Origin: Nitrospirota bacterium | GTDB lineage: Bacteria; Nitrospirota; UBA9217 | Length of the DNA: 64,000 bases | Direction: 5' to 3' | NCBI GenBank assembly: GCA_963845065.1 | Contig: CAWJQQ010000006.1 | Span: 224,001-288,000 of the forward strand | In this document: one piece after another, positions 43,515-52,965 of the stretch | How positions within the stretch are numbered: position 1 is the first letter of the stretch | How the letters are laid out: every line of letters starts with the position of its first letter | The notes under the pieces: model-generated | Database searches by the model: none | What the model saw: the letters and a program-made list of their open reading frames with translations, nothing else | Told to the model about the DNA's origin: nothing | Program-made: the position numbers and the translations under genes

Positions 43515-43849
43515 AAGTTTCTCGTGTTCTGATGTTTTCTCTTTACGATGACGATGTTTTCCTTCGCCGGTCTGACCATGCCAAAATGTTTTACTGCAAG
43601 CTCTTCGATCCTCGCCGGGGAGGCCAAGCTCGATGCCTCGATCTGCAGGGAGCTGTTTTCGCGCCCTAGTTCCTGTTTCTCGTGTTCCAGGGAATCGATC
43701 TGATATCCGAGACGCATTATCTTAACCTTGCCGCCGACGTACAAAAGCAAGCCCGTGATGATAAGGAGAGTAACAACCACGCGCCGAAAATTTCCACGTC
43801 TGCTCCTCTCAAACACAAATGCTCCTATGTTGCCGATCGGCGCATGCAT
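43493..43849 (-). CDS. ftsL: Cell division protein FtsL
   Basis: TM plus coiled coil, L.SP.RIE..A...GM..P; lies between rsmH and ftsI. Confidence 0.85.
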   Translation of the reverse strand: MHAPIGNIGAFVFERSRRGNFRRVVVTLLIITGLLLYVGGKVKIMRLGYQIDSLEHEKQELGRENSSLQIEASSLASPARIEELAVKHFGMVRPAKENIVIVKRKHQNTRNLWNDGEE

Positions 43850-43959
43850 ACGATAACTCTTTCTTTAATAAATTGACAGTTGCAAAAAACCCTATATGAT
43901 GAAGCTATAACCTTAGATGGATGATGACACCAATCTTCGATTTTCGATTTCCTATCATG

Positions 43960-44958
43960 TTATGGAAGTTTCTCTGCGGCCCTGAGCTTGGCGCTCCGTG
44001 ATGCGGGGTTCCTCTCAATTTCGTCTGGTCCCGCACTGATCGGCCGGCTCGTCAGTATCTTGAGCACTGGTTTTTTCCCGCACGAGCAAACTGGCATTTT
44101 GGGAGGGCAAATGCAACCTTTGGCAAAAACTGCAAAAGCCTGTTTTACGATGCGGTCCTCAAGCGAGTGAAACGAGATCGCCGCGAACCTTCCCCCGGGC
44201 TTCAGTAGGGAAATAATCTTATCTACTCCCTCCCGCAACGAACCAAGCTCGTCATTGACTGCAATACGCAGGGCCTGGAAGGTAAGTGTAGCTGGATGAA
44301 TACGCCGGGGAGGGTAACGAGGAAATACGCCCGAGATGATTTCTGCCAACTGGATCGTACTCGTGATAGCTCCCCGGACTCTCGCCCTAACAATGGCCTT
44401 CGCGATGGTGCCAGCCCTACGCTCTTCCCCGTATTCGCGGATTATCCTCGCAAGGTCGTCCTGCGAGAGGCTATTTACCAGGTCTGCCGCAGTCTGCAAC
44501 CTGCTTGTATCCATACGCATATCGAGCGGCCCCTCCAGCAGGAAACTAAAACCGCGTTCCGGCATTTTGACGTGAAACCATGAAATGCCGAGATCCAGTA
44601 GTACGCCGTCGACGAAATTAAATCCCAGTCTTGCCAGGACTTCGGGCAAGTCCCGGTAATTCGCCTTCTGTATTATTGCTCGCTTGCCATAAATCGCAAG
44701 TACCGCTTTCGCGCGTTCGACGGATTCGTTATCCTGATCCAACCCAATCAGGATGCCATCTGGCGCCGACCGTTTCAGTATCTCTGCAGCATGACCACCG
44801 GCTCCCACTGTCCCGTCGATATAAACGCCACCAGACCGCGGTGCGAGGAGGTCAACAGCTTCCTGGAGGAGAACGGGAATATGCTCTACCTTCGGAGCCA
44901 GTAGGTTGGCGTTCAGAGCATCTGTGCTTCCCTTTTTTCCCTTCAGATGAATTTTCAC
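43960..44958 (-). CDS. rsmH: 16S rRNA m4C1402 methyltransferase
   Basis: HIPVL, DGT.GAGGH, LDLG.S, FHSLEDR and SRSAKLR motifs. Confidence 0.97.
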   Translation of the reverse strand: MKIHLKGKKGSTDALNANLLAPKVEHIPVLLQEAVDLLAPRSGGVYIDGTVGAGGHAAEILKRSAPDGILIGLDQDNESVERAKAVLAIYGKRAIIQKANYRDLPEVLARLGFNFVDGVLLDLGISWFHVKMPERGFSFLLEGPLDMRMDTSRLQTAADLVNSLSQDDLARIIREYGEERRAGTIAKAIVRARVRGAITSTIQLAEIISGVFPRYPPRRIHPATLTFQALRIAVNDELGSLREGVDKIISLLKPGGRFAAISFHSLEDRIVKQAFAVFAKGCICPPKMPVCSCGKKPVLKILTSRPISAGPDEIERNPASRSAKLRAAEKLP

Positions 44959-44974
44959 TTCGTACTCTGAAATT

Positions 44975-45334
44975 TTACAATCCCAACGGGAGGTTCGTTG
45001 CTGGCTTTGTCACTCCAAAGCTTTTTGCGGCCTGCTGGACCGTTTCGAAGACCTGAAACTCTTCAAGCACACCGGTGGTACGAAAAATATTTTTTATGTA
45101 ATCAGACAATGCTGCGAGCCGAATGTCACCGCCATATGACTGGAGCCGACGTTTTTCTTCGACCAGCGACTGCAGGATCGTAAACTGGATGTGTTCTGCT
45201 GACTCAAAGTTCAGTATCAGACCATACATCTCGCCCTTGATGAGTTGGCCAATCACCCGATTAATCTCCGCCATCTTTGCTGAGTCAATCTCGCCTTCCA
45301 GGTTCATCTGATATACTTTGAGTTTTTCGTCCAT
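44975..45334 (-). CDS. STAS-domain (anti-sigma antagonist-like) protein
   Basis: LEGEID...LILNFESAEHI...GGDIRLAALSDYIKNIFRTTG....F fits the STAS fold pattern; starts 4 nt after the mraZ stop. Confidence 0.8.
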   Translation of the reverse strand: MDEKLKVYQMNLEGEIDSAKMAEINRVIGQLIKGEMYGLILNFESAEHIQFTILQSLVEEKRRLQSYGGDIRLAALSDYIKNIFRTTGVLEEFQVFETVQQAAKSFGVTKPATNLPLGL

Positions 45335-45338
45335 GTCG

Positions 45339-45773
45339 TTACAAGCCCAATGCGGCAAGCGCCTCGCCGATCTTGTCGCCATTCCGGTTATTGCGTGCCT
45401 CCCACGTCTTGGAGTCCCATATTTCTATCTTGTCAATGATCCCGACGAGCATCACGTTTTTGGTTATCCCTGCATGTTCTCGGTGCGGCGGCGGAATAAG
45501 GATTCTGCCCTGTTTATCGAGTTCGCATTCTGTAGCCGACGAAAGCAGGAAACGTCTGAAGTCCTTGACCTCTTGCTTCATCAGAGAAAGTGTCTTAATC
45601 TTCTCCTCGAGCCGCTCCCATTCTTCGAGCGGATAGACTGTGAGACAGCGATCATAGTCCATCGCGAGTACCAACCTCCCGTCATAACGGTCCGAGATGA
45701 TATCACGAAATTTTGAGGGCACGCTAACTCTGCCTTTGGAATCAACGGTATGTTCGAAACTGCCTCTGAACAT
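45339..45773 (-). CDS. mraZ: Division/cell wall cluster repressor MraZ
   Basis: MFRGSFEHTVDSKGR, LDKQGRILIP and IEIWD motifs. Confidence 0.97.
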   Translation of the reverse strand: MFRGSFEHTVDSKGRVSVPSKFRDIISDRYDGRLVLAMDYDRCLTVYPLEEWERLEEKIKTLSLMKQEVKDFRRFLLSSATECELDKQGRILIPPPHREHAGITKNVMLVGIIDKIEIWDSKTWEARNNRNGDKIGEALAALGL

Positions 45774-45789
45774 ATCCCTCCTTAGAGTA

Positions 45790-45854
45790 CCCACTGCTTC
45801 CCACTTTATACCACCTGTTGGTCGAAGTATATATTTCATATCTGGCAATGTCAA
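45790..45854 (-). promoter_or_regulatory. dcw promoter with three MraZ-binding repeats
   Basis: TTGACA-17 nt-TATACT, followed by GTGG-TATAAA-GTGG-GAAGCA-GTGG (10-bp period). Confidence 0.85.
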
Positions 45855-45956
45855 GAAAAATATTAATTTTTAGTGTGTTACATGGTGGGTAATAATCATT
45901 GTATTTCTACTTTATTAGCGTGACAACATTCCAATAAAAAAGTAATATGGGAAGCT

Positions 45957-46262
45957 ATGAGTGCCGATTATTTCATCACTGTCAATGACGAGCATATTAA
46001 GCGTGAGAAGGCTAGGGCGAGGGATTTACGCAATTCACAATGGTGGAAACGGAAACGTTCTGCGGGAATCTGTTACTACTGCAGAAAAACTTTCAAGCCT
46101 GCTGACCTGACGATGGATCATCTGATACCAATCGCACGCGGTGGGAAATCCGTGCAGGGGAACCTCGTTCCTGCGTGCAAAGACTGCAACAACAAAAAAA
46201 AATGTCTCCTCCCCATGGAGTGGGAGGAGTATCTTAATGCCTTGCAACTTGACAAACTATAA
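45957..46262 (+). CDS. Small HNH endonuclease
   Basis: CYYC...TMDHLIP..RGG....NLVPACKDCN. Confidence 0.88.
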   Translation: MSADYFITVNDEHIKREKARARDLRNSQWWKRKRSAGICYYCRKTFKPADLTMDHLIPIARGGKSVQGNLVPACKDCNNKKKCLLPMEWEEYLNALQLDKL

Positions 46263-46329
46263 TTTTGTCATCCATATAAGGCAACATAAAAACGACAGGT
46301 TAGTCTTCTAAACACCTCACTATCGCTGC

Positions 46330-46866
46330 TTAGCCCATTTCCATCTTCCTTACCCAGTCCACCCTAGCAAGCTTATTGTCATGCGACCATCGGTAGCTCA
46401 CATCACCATGAAACGCTTTTTTAATTGCACGCCCTATACGCTGCGCGAGTTTCTCGTTTGTGGTGGAAATCACGATGCTTCCGAACCCGTTCTCCTTCAC
46501 GGCAATCACCCGTTCGAGCGGATTTAATCCGCGCGCCCGTTCCTCCTCATTCCTCACCAAGTTCATCAGGCCCGTCTTGTGGGGAAGCACATAGTCCCCT
46601 TTTAGCGTCACAATACCGCCTGGGAAATTATCCCGAATTTTCATACACGCCGGACATACCACGGTCACTATCTCGGGCTTTTTCTTTGCTGTCGTGTACA
46701 CCATGCTGTCGGCATACCACCTCTTGTTCATGTATACCGCCTGGCAACCCTCGCAAAGGGAAACACTCCTGCTTGCACCCCGCGGCAGATAGGGATCGTT
46801 TGTGGATGATTTCTTTTTGTATGTCTGTTTGTACGTTCGATCTACTTTTTTACCCACCATCTTCAT
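46330..46866 (-). CDS. BCAM0308-family / NMD3-like zinc-binding protein
   Basis: DPY...CEGC..VY..KRW...CPAC.KIRD.FPGG...NPLER...LAQRIG; AAGGAGG SD. Confidence 0.7.
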   Translation of the reverse strand: MKMVGKKVDRTYKQTYKKKSSTNDPYLPRGASRSVSLCEGCQAVYMNKRWYADSMVYTTAKKKPEIVTVVCPACMKIRDNFPGGIVTLKGDYVLPHKTGLMNLVRNEEERARGLNPLERVIAVKENGFGSIVISTTNEKLAQRIGRAIKKAFHGDVSYRWSHDNKLARVDWVRKMEMG

Positions 46867-46913
46867 AAGGACCGCCTCCTTCATCAGGGTCAAAACTCCC
46901 CTCGGTTTTTCGT

Positions 46914-47129
46914 TCATTTCAGCTTCCTCTGTATCTCGGGATACTGTTTCTTAAACTCAGGGATGTTCCGCGCAAGGAACAGTTTAAGAGCTTTAATCTC
47001 CGCCTGAATGTCCATGATCTCTTCGGCGGTCTCATTTTCACGCTTCCTCAGCATGTCGGCCAGATTGGACAGGGCCTTCTCCTGGATCTTAATCCGCTCC
47101 ACACCGCTGCCCTCCACTTTGTTGATCAT
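46914..47129 (-). CDS. Hypothetical small coiled-coil protein
   Basis: GAGGTG SD; 71 aa, helical and charged. Confidence 0.65.
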   Translation of the reverse strand: MINKVEGSGVERIKIQEKALSNLADMLRKRENETAEEIMDIQAEIKALKLFLARNIPEFKKQYPEIQRKLK

Positions 47130-47147
47130 AGTTCACCTCGTTTACGA

Positions 47148-47459
47148 TCATTTTTTCAGTACCATTCCGAGTTTCTGTTCCACCGATTCTAGTTTCTTGT
47201 CCATCCGTGCGTCACTGCCTTTACGGTCATCGATTTTGATCGTCGTGATCGTCCGCTCCGCATCCTGCATCACGAGGTCATGACAGTTCTTTACTACACT
47301 CATTACAGCATCCCACTCTCCTTCAAGTATGGTCCCCATTGCATTGGCGCGGTAGCTAACACCGCTTGCAACCACAATTTTCATAATTTCTGCAATAACT
47401 GGACTTATGCTTACTTTCGTCCCCAACGGCACAATACTAAATTCAACCATCGTGCTCAT
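47148..47459 (-). CDS. MTH1187/YkoF-family thiamine-binding protein
   Basis: FSIVPLG...MGTILEGEWD...R....IKIDDR. Confidence 0.9.
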   Translation of the reverse strand: MSTMVEFSIVPLGTKVSISPVIAEIMKIVVASGVSYRANAMGTILEGEWDAVMSVVKNCHDLVMQDAERTITTIKIDDRKGSDARMDKKLESVEQKLGMVLKK

Positions 47460-47692
47460 GCACTTTCCTCTCCATTGTCCAGAATTAGAGATTCACCTTA
47501 AATTAACACAACATACCCTATTCCTACCTAAAGTATAGCCCTTGACCCCGGCAATGTAAAGACGACAAGTACTCGTTATTCCATTGAAAAATGAAGTTGT
47601 CTGTGTCATAATCTGCGCTGACTGCAAATATCTTCACCAAGTCGCAAGAGTACTACCATACCTGTTTAATGTCCTAAACAAAGGCTAAAACG

Positions 47693-48472
47693 ATGTGTTT
47701 TTATATGAAAATAATCGGAATCGTACCCCTCCTCCTCGCGTACTTTCTTATTTCCTGTGCCATCGCGCTGTTGCCGTTGGTAGCCCGGCTTCAAAGAATT
47801 CTTCTTATAAAAAATGTATCTTTTTTTTCCCGCATTGTGCTTTCCTTGCTAGGTGTACGTATTCATGTCAGCCATCGTGAGCGTTTGCCAAAGTTAAGCT
47901 CCGGTTTACTTATCGTTTCCAACCACACTTCTTATATTGATGTTCTAGTCATCGCATCGCTGACGCCCGCCGTTTTTATTACATCAGTGGAGCTCGGCAG
48001 TACGTTCTTTTTCGGTATGCTCGCGCGCCTCGGCGGGAGCATTTTCGTGGAACGAAGAAATCCATTCGGTCTCAAGAAGGAGATAGCGATGATTGCGCGC
48101 GTAATCGCAGATGGATTCACGGTGGTACTCTTCCCCGAAGGAACCACATCCAATGGAGAACGTATACAACCCTTCAAAAATTCGCTTTTTGACGCTGCAG
48201 TGACAGCAGGAACCGACGTCCTTCCGGTCTGCTTGCGCTACACTAAAATAAATGGCGGAGCTTTGACCCCGCATAATCGTGGGAGTATATTTTATTACGG
48301 CGACGAAACCTTTTTCAGGCATTTCCCAAAATTATTAATGCTGAAATCCGTTGACGTTGATGTCATCCCGCTGAATAGCATAAAGGTTCGTGATCATGCC
48401 TCGCGAAAAGAGTTTGCTTTAGCAGCACATTCTGCCATCAGCTCAGCATACAACCATGGGGTGAAAGTTTAA
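47693..48472 (+). CDS. Lysophospholipid (1-acyl-G3P) acyltransferase family
   Basis: NHTSYID, FVER and FPEGTTS motifs. Confidence 0.9.
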   Translation: MCFYMKIIGIVPLLLAYFLISCAIALLPLVARLQRILLIKNVSFFSRIVLSLLGVRIHVSHRERLPKLSSGLLIVSNHTSYIDVLVIASLTPAVFITSVELGSTFFFGMLARLGGSIFVERRNPFGLKKEIAMIARVIADGFTVVLFPEGTTSNGERIQPFKNSLFDAAVTAGTDVLPVCLRYTKINGGALTPHNRGSIFYYGDETFFRHFPKLLMLKSVDVDVIPLNSIKVRDHASRKEFALAAHSAISSAYNHGVKV

Positions 48473-48507
48473 TGCTGCCATCACCGACTCACACAAGGAG
48501 ATTAACT

Positions 48508-48903
48508 ATGAAGCTGACAATGTTCTTCCTGTCCATAATATTATTCATTGCCGTTGGCCCGTTAGCATCGTACTCAGTAGAAATTGAACATGCTTCTTCG
48601 GAGCGGCAATTGCCGCAAGAAAAGAAAAAATATGAAAACAATATGGAAGAGCGACTAGCGAGACTCGGCAAGCAACTTGATGAAATAAACGCAAAGGCTG
48701 CTGTTATGACGGAGCAGGCCCACAAAGACATGAACCAGTACCTTAACGATGCTAAGAAAAAGCAAAAGATAGCCCTGCGTAAACTTCAACATATTCGAAA
48801 AGAATCAGCCGAGAAATGGAAGCAATTTATTTCTGAGATGGATGCAGCGGCGGATAATTTTGCAAAAGCCTACGAAAAGGCGAGATCACACATTAAGGAA
48901 TAA
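48508..48903 (+). CDS. Hypothetical exported coiled-coil protein
   Basis: AAGGAG SD; signal peptide followed by K/E-rich helices. Confidence 0.7.
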   Translation: MKLTMFFLSIILFIAVGPLASYSVEIEHASSERQLPQEKKKYENNMEERLARLGKQLDEINAKAAVMTEQAHKDMNQYLNDAKKKQKIALRKLQHIRKESAEKWKQFISEMDAAADNFAKAYEKARSHIKE

Positions 48904-48993
48904 CGCCGAGCCTTTCAAAGTCAAAACACTTGACATTTCGTTTCTTAGTTGTTAATTTACAAGGCTTGCCCAAGAGAGGCATTACGCTTAAAA

Positions 48994-50598
48994 ATGGATT
49001 ACTCAGACGAAATAAGCAAACGACGAACCTTTGCCATAATCAGCCATCCCGATGCAGGAAAAACAACGCTTACCGAAAAGTTCTTACTCTTCGGCGGTGC
49101 AATCCAGGTTGCGGGCGCAGTAAAATCGAACAAAATCAGAAAGAGCACGGCCTCCGATTTTATGGACATCGAGCGCCAACGCGGCATTTCTGTTGCCACG
49201 TCGGTCATGGGCTTTGACTACAACGGGCTTAAGATCAACCTTCTCGATACGCCGGGTCACAAAGATTTCGCCGAGGACACTTATCGAACGCTTACGGCCG
49301 TTGACAGCGTTATACTCGTTGTTGACTGCGTGAAGGGAGTGGAAGAACAGACTGAAAAGCTCATGCAAGTCTGCCGCATGCGCAACACGCCTGTCATTAT
49401 TTTTGTGAACAAGCTTGACCGTGAAGGTAAACACCCTTTCGAACTTCTTGATGAGCTTGAAGTGAGGCTCTCGATCAAGGTTCATCCGCTTTCCTGGCCA
49501 ATAAGCATGGGCACGTCCTTCAAGGGGGTATACAACCTTTACAATCACAGCCTGTACCTCTTCCGTCCCGGTGGTGTCACGCTCGCCGATGATGTACTTA
49601 CTATCAAGGGCATTGCTGACCCGGTACTCGACCAACAGCTCGGCGACTATGCTGTGCAGCTCCGTGAAGATGTAGAACTGATCGAAGGAACGCACAATCC
49701 CTTTGACGTCGATGCATATCTGCGCGGTGAGCTTGCGCCCGTATTCTTCGGCAGCGCCATAAATAACTTCGGTGTCAAAGAGCTTCTCGATACCTTTACC
49801 CAGATCGCTCCCATTCCGGGAAGCCGCCCCACTGATCAGCGCATAGTTAACGCATACGAGAAATTTTTTACCGGATTTGTGTTTAAGATTCACGCGAACC
49901 TGGACCCTCGTCACCGCGACCGCATCGCCTTCATTCGCGTCTGCTCCGGTAAGTTTGAGCGTAACAAGATGTTCCTCCATGTGCGTCTCGGCAAAAACAT
50001 ACGCTTCACGAGCCCGGCAAGCTTTCTGGGAGCTCGCAAGAGCATTGTAGATGAGGCTTTTCCCGGAGACGTGATCGGTTTGTATGATACAGGAAACTTC
50101 AAGATCGGCGACACACTCACGGAAGGAGAGAAGCTGATGTTCCAGGGCATCCCCACCTTTTCTCCGGAGGTGTTTAAAGAGCTCGTGAACCTCGACCCGT
50201 CTAAGTCAAAGCAGCTTTCAAAAGGCATCGAGCAACTTACCGACGAGGGTGTTGCCCAGCTCTTTACACAACAGCAGGGAAATCGGAAGATTATCGGCAC
50301 AGTTGGTCAGCTCCAGTTCGATGTGCTCCAATACCGTTTAGAGCACGAATACGGCGCCAAATGCCGGTTTGACCAGATGTCCATTTACAAGGCATGCTGG
50401 ATCACGGCAACCGATGAAAAAGAAATTGATAAATTTTGCAAATTTAAGTCTGACCGCGTTGCAACGGATAAGGATAGCAACCTTGTATTTCTCGCCGAGT
50501 CGGAATGGGTTTTGCGAAATATGATCGAAGCCTATCCTAAAATTAATTTTCACTTCACATCAGAATTCAAGAGAGAAATGCTGGTAATAAAGAAATAA
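48994..50598 (+). CDS. prfC: Peptide chain release factor 3
   Basis: [30 protein letters not shown] and GQLQFDV motifs. Confidence 0.97.
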   Translation: MDYSDEISKRRTFAIISHPDAGKTTLTEKFLLFGGAIQVAGAVKSNKIRKSTASDFMDIERQRGISVATSVMGFDYNGLKINLLDTPGHKDFAEDTYRTLTAVDSVILVVDCVKGVEEQTEKLMQVCRMRNTPVIIFVNKLDREGKHPFELLDELEVRLSIKVHPLSWPISMGTSFKGVYNLYNHSLYLFRPGGVTLADDVLTIKGIADPVLDQQLGDYAVQLREDVELIEGTHNPFDVDAYLRGELAPVFFGSAINNFGVKELLDTFTQIAPIPGSRPTDQRIVNAYEKFFTGFVFKIHANLDPRHRDRIAFIRVCSGKFERNKMFLHVRLGKNIRFTSPASFLGARKSIVDEAFPGDVIGLYDTGNFKIGDTLTEGEKLMFQGIPTFSPEVFKELVNLDPSKSKQLSKGIEQLTDEGVAQLFTQQQGNRKIIGTVGQLQFDVLQYRLEHEYGAKCRFDQMSIYKACWITATDEKEIDKFCKFKSDRVATDKDSNLVFLAESEWVLRNMIEAYPKINFHFTSEFKREMLVIKK

Positions 50599-51077
50599 CG
50601 CTGAATAGGGTATCGCGCAAGGGCAAAACCGCTCGCTCCGGAAAGCTCACATCAAATTATCCCCCGCAATTACTGCCTTTCTTTTAATATACATCGTCTT
50701 GTCAATCGCAGCATGTACAACACCTTCAGCATCGATGAGTTCAGCGTGATACACGCGTTCAACTGATGGCAGAGTGGTGAGAGCGGCCATGGTGGTGTTG
50801 ATCTCTTCATCGGTAATGACAAACTTTGCGAATAGCGTGTCGGTCCCCGGTTTTTTGAACCGTATTGATGCCACCTTGTCCCACACAATGTACTCTGGGA
50901 CTAGGATCTTGATAAGCATTACCATGTAGATCGGATCAATGGAGTCATACATACTCCCACCGTAAATCGTTCCAACGTAGTTTCGCGTCCGCCAGTTAAG
51001 CTGCAATTTGACACGGACTTCTCGCCAATCACTCGCGATATAGGTGATTCGTCCGCCCGTGCCCCGGTACGCAGTAA

Positions 51078-51636
51078 GTGAATTACCCCGCAGCAGAGCT
51101 GCGGGGCATCCTAAAATCGCTAGAACCTAAAACCAATTTGCTCATCATGCTGATACTGAATATACTTTCTGATAACTTCTGCCATTACTTTGTCGCCAAC
51201 CGAACGGACAAAGTAACCATCATTCCAGAGTTCCCCTCCTCAAAGCTTTTTCTTCATCTCGGGTAATTCTTGAAACATTATCTTCGCGGATATACTTTTG
51301 ACTATCTGCACTACCCTCGCCGGAGCATACTTCGGTGGCACAACCAAAAACAAATGCGCGTGATCATCCATTACTTCCATCGTGTCTATCTCAAATTCAT
51401 ATTGTTCTGCGATCTCGCGAAATATCTCTTTCAGTCTTTTCGTCATTCGATCGGTGAACAGTTTTTTCCGATATTCTGGTGTCCATACAAAATGGTACTT
51501 CAGATCATAGACACTATGTTTGCTTCTTCTCAATGGGCTCATGGCCCGTATTGTAACAGATTCTCATCCTGACTTCGTCAGGATTGTCCTTTTCATCCCA
51601 GCAGTAGAACTGCTGGGTATTCAAGGCCAGATTTTT
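51078..51636 (-). mobile_element. IS200-type element (tnpA only, 559 bp)
   Basis: Inserted 3' of TTTAT, ends in TTCAC, no target duplication. Subterminal hairpins CCCAGCAG-TTCTA-CTGCTGGG and CCCCGCAGC-TCT-GCTGCGGGG. Confidence 0.92.
51120..51542 (-). pseudogene. tnpA: Y1 HUH transposase with a premature TGA
   Basis: YHFVW, DHAHL (HUH); KKKL*GGELWNDGYFV...RKYIQYQ. The stop at 51240-51242 replaces the conserved Trp and removes the catalytic Tyr helix. Confidence 0.9.
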
Positions 51637-52013
51637 ATAAATTAAAACCCCAACGTAAGATTTTTGTTTTGAACGATTCGGGCATAGCGCACGACTCCTC
51701 CGCCATCACTGTCAGACCTGTTTGTTTCCAAACTCATGCTGCATTTTACTGTAAGTCTTTACCGATTACAATCTCAGCCAACAAGGATCCCCACAATCCA
51801 CTATTGATGTTATCTTCTGATGTTATCTTCTTGATTTTACGTCACGACGGTGATATGCTGTTTCATCTTTCGACACTTGAAAAGCCAGTGGCTACCATCG
51901 TACGATGCTTGAGATATCAGCGTCTGTGATTTAGATTATTATCTAACCCACCATAGGTGAGGGCATCGGACGGCGCCACAAATAGACTTAATGCTGACGC
52001 ATTCGTACAACCT

Positions 52014-52703
52014 ATGCTCGTTGACTATTTAAAGAACATACCCCTTTTCAAACATTTCAAGGATTCTCAGCTGAAAGAAATAGCTGCACGTTGCAAAAGT
52101 GCCCAATTCAAAAAGGGCGACGTGATCTTTCACAAGACCGACCTGAGCACTGATCTGTACATAGTGAATTCGGGGAAGCTGAAAGCGCTTCTGGTTGACG
52201 AAGAAGGTGACGAGATCGTACTGGCGCAATTCGAAAAAGGCTCGTTCTTCGGTGAACTCAGCCTGCTCGACGGGAAGCCAAGATCCGCCACGATCGTGGT
52301 GGAAAAAGACGCAGAACTTTCCATCTTGAAAAAAGATATGTTCTTCGACATCCTCTACCAAGATCCCCGCATCGCCGTTGAACTCATAGCGACACTCGTC
52401 GAAAGGCTCCGGAAAGCCGACGAAATGATCGAATCCCTCGCCTTCCTCGAAGTCGGCGAGCGGCTTATCAAATCACTGCTCGATCATGCAACTCCTGTAG
52501 TAGGCACCGTATCATCGGGCGGCTATCTCAAAGCCGGGAAATTGACGCACAAAGAACTTGCTGCACGCATCGGCTCGTCCCGAGAAGCCGTGTCCAAGTG
52601 CCTCAAAGTGCTTATGGCGAAGGCCGTCGTAAAAGAGGCAGATGGCCATATCCTGATAGTGCACAATGCGCTCGAACGCCTCAAGGAACACGAGCGAGCG
52701 TAG
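52014..52703 (+). CDS. Crp/Fnr family transcriptional regulator
   Basis: FFGELSLLDGKPRSAT cNMP-binding motif; LTHKELAARIGSSREAVS HTH. Confidence 0.93.
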   Translation: MLVDYLKNIPLFKHFKDSQLKEIAARCKSAQFKKGDVIFHKTDLSTDLYIVNSGKLKALLVDEEGDEIVLAQFEKGSFFGELSLLDGKPRSATIVVEKDAELSILKKDMFFDILYQDPRIAVELIATLVERLRKADEMIESLAFLEVGERLIKSLLDHATPVVGTVSSGGYLKAGKLTHKELAARIGSSREAVSKCLKVLMAKAVVKEADGHILIVHNALERLKEHERA

Positions 52704-52906
52704 GAGATCGAAGTTCCTTGCCGGTTCCCTGAGCTATCTGTGCTCGTTCTACTTTTCCTCTCCACTCCCTTTGCAGGAAATAATACCACCGGTAGTATCC
52801 ACTCAACTGGCTAGAAACCCGATGCATTCATAGTCTTAAAAAAATGAGCCAACGTGCAGACAAACTCGCTTGAATTGTTTGTAAAACTCATCCCGGCACA
52901 ACTCGC

Positions 52907-52939
52907 AAAAAAAATCCCCTGCCGACGCCGGGAGGGGAT
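52907..52939 (-). terminator. Rho-independent terminator of trpB2
   Basis: ATCCCCTCCCGGCGTCGGCAGGGGAT hairpin followed by a T-run. Confidence 0.75.
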
Positions 52940-52965
52940 AGGATAAGTTAACCAATACAACGCTG

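Larger units (their letters stand above)
50647..51685 (-). pseudogene. DUF4442/hotdog-fold thioesterase-like gene split by the IS200-type insertion
   Basis: 51685-51637 (MPESFKTKILRWGFNL+T) joined to 51077-50647 gives an intact 480-nt frame: ...GFNLFTAYRGTGGRITYIASDW...NYVGTIYGGS...VWDK. Confidence 0.9.

Noticed and set aside
45957..46262. HNH as a homing or defence element
   Set aside because: It is a small stand-alone HNH with no intron, repeats or partner genes.
766..51242. UGA-to-Trp recoding, suggested by four TGA codons at expected Trp positions
   Set aside because: Intact genes use TGG and many end in TGA (ftsZ, speD, murE). Three of the four affected genes also have frameshifts, and a Trp-to-TAG change also occurs.
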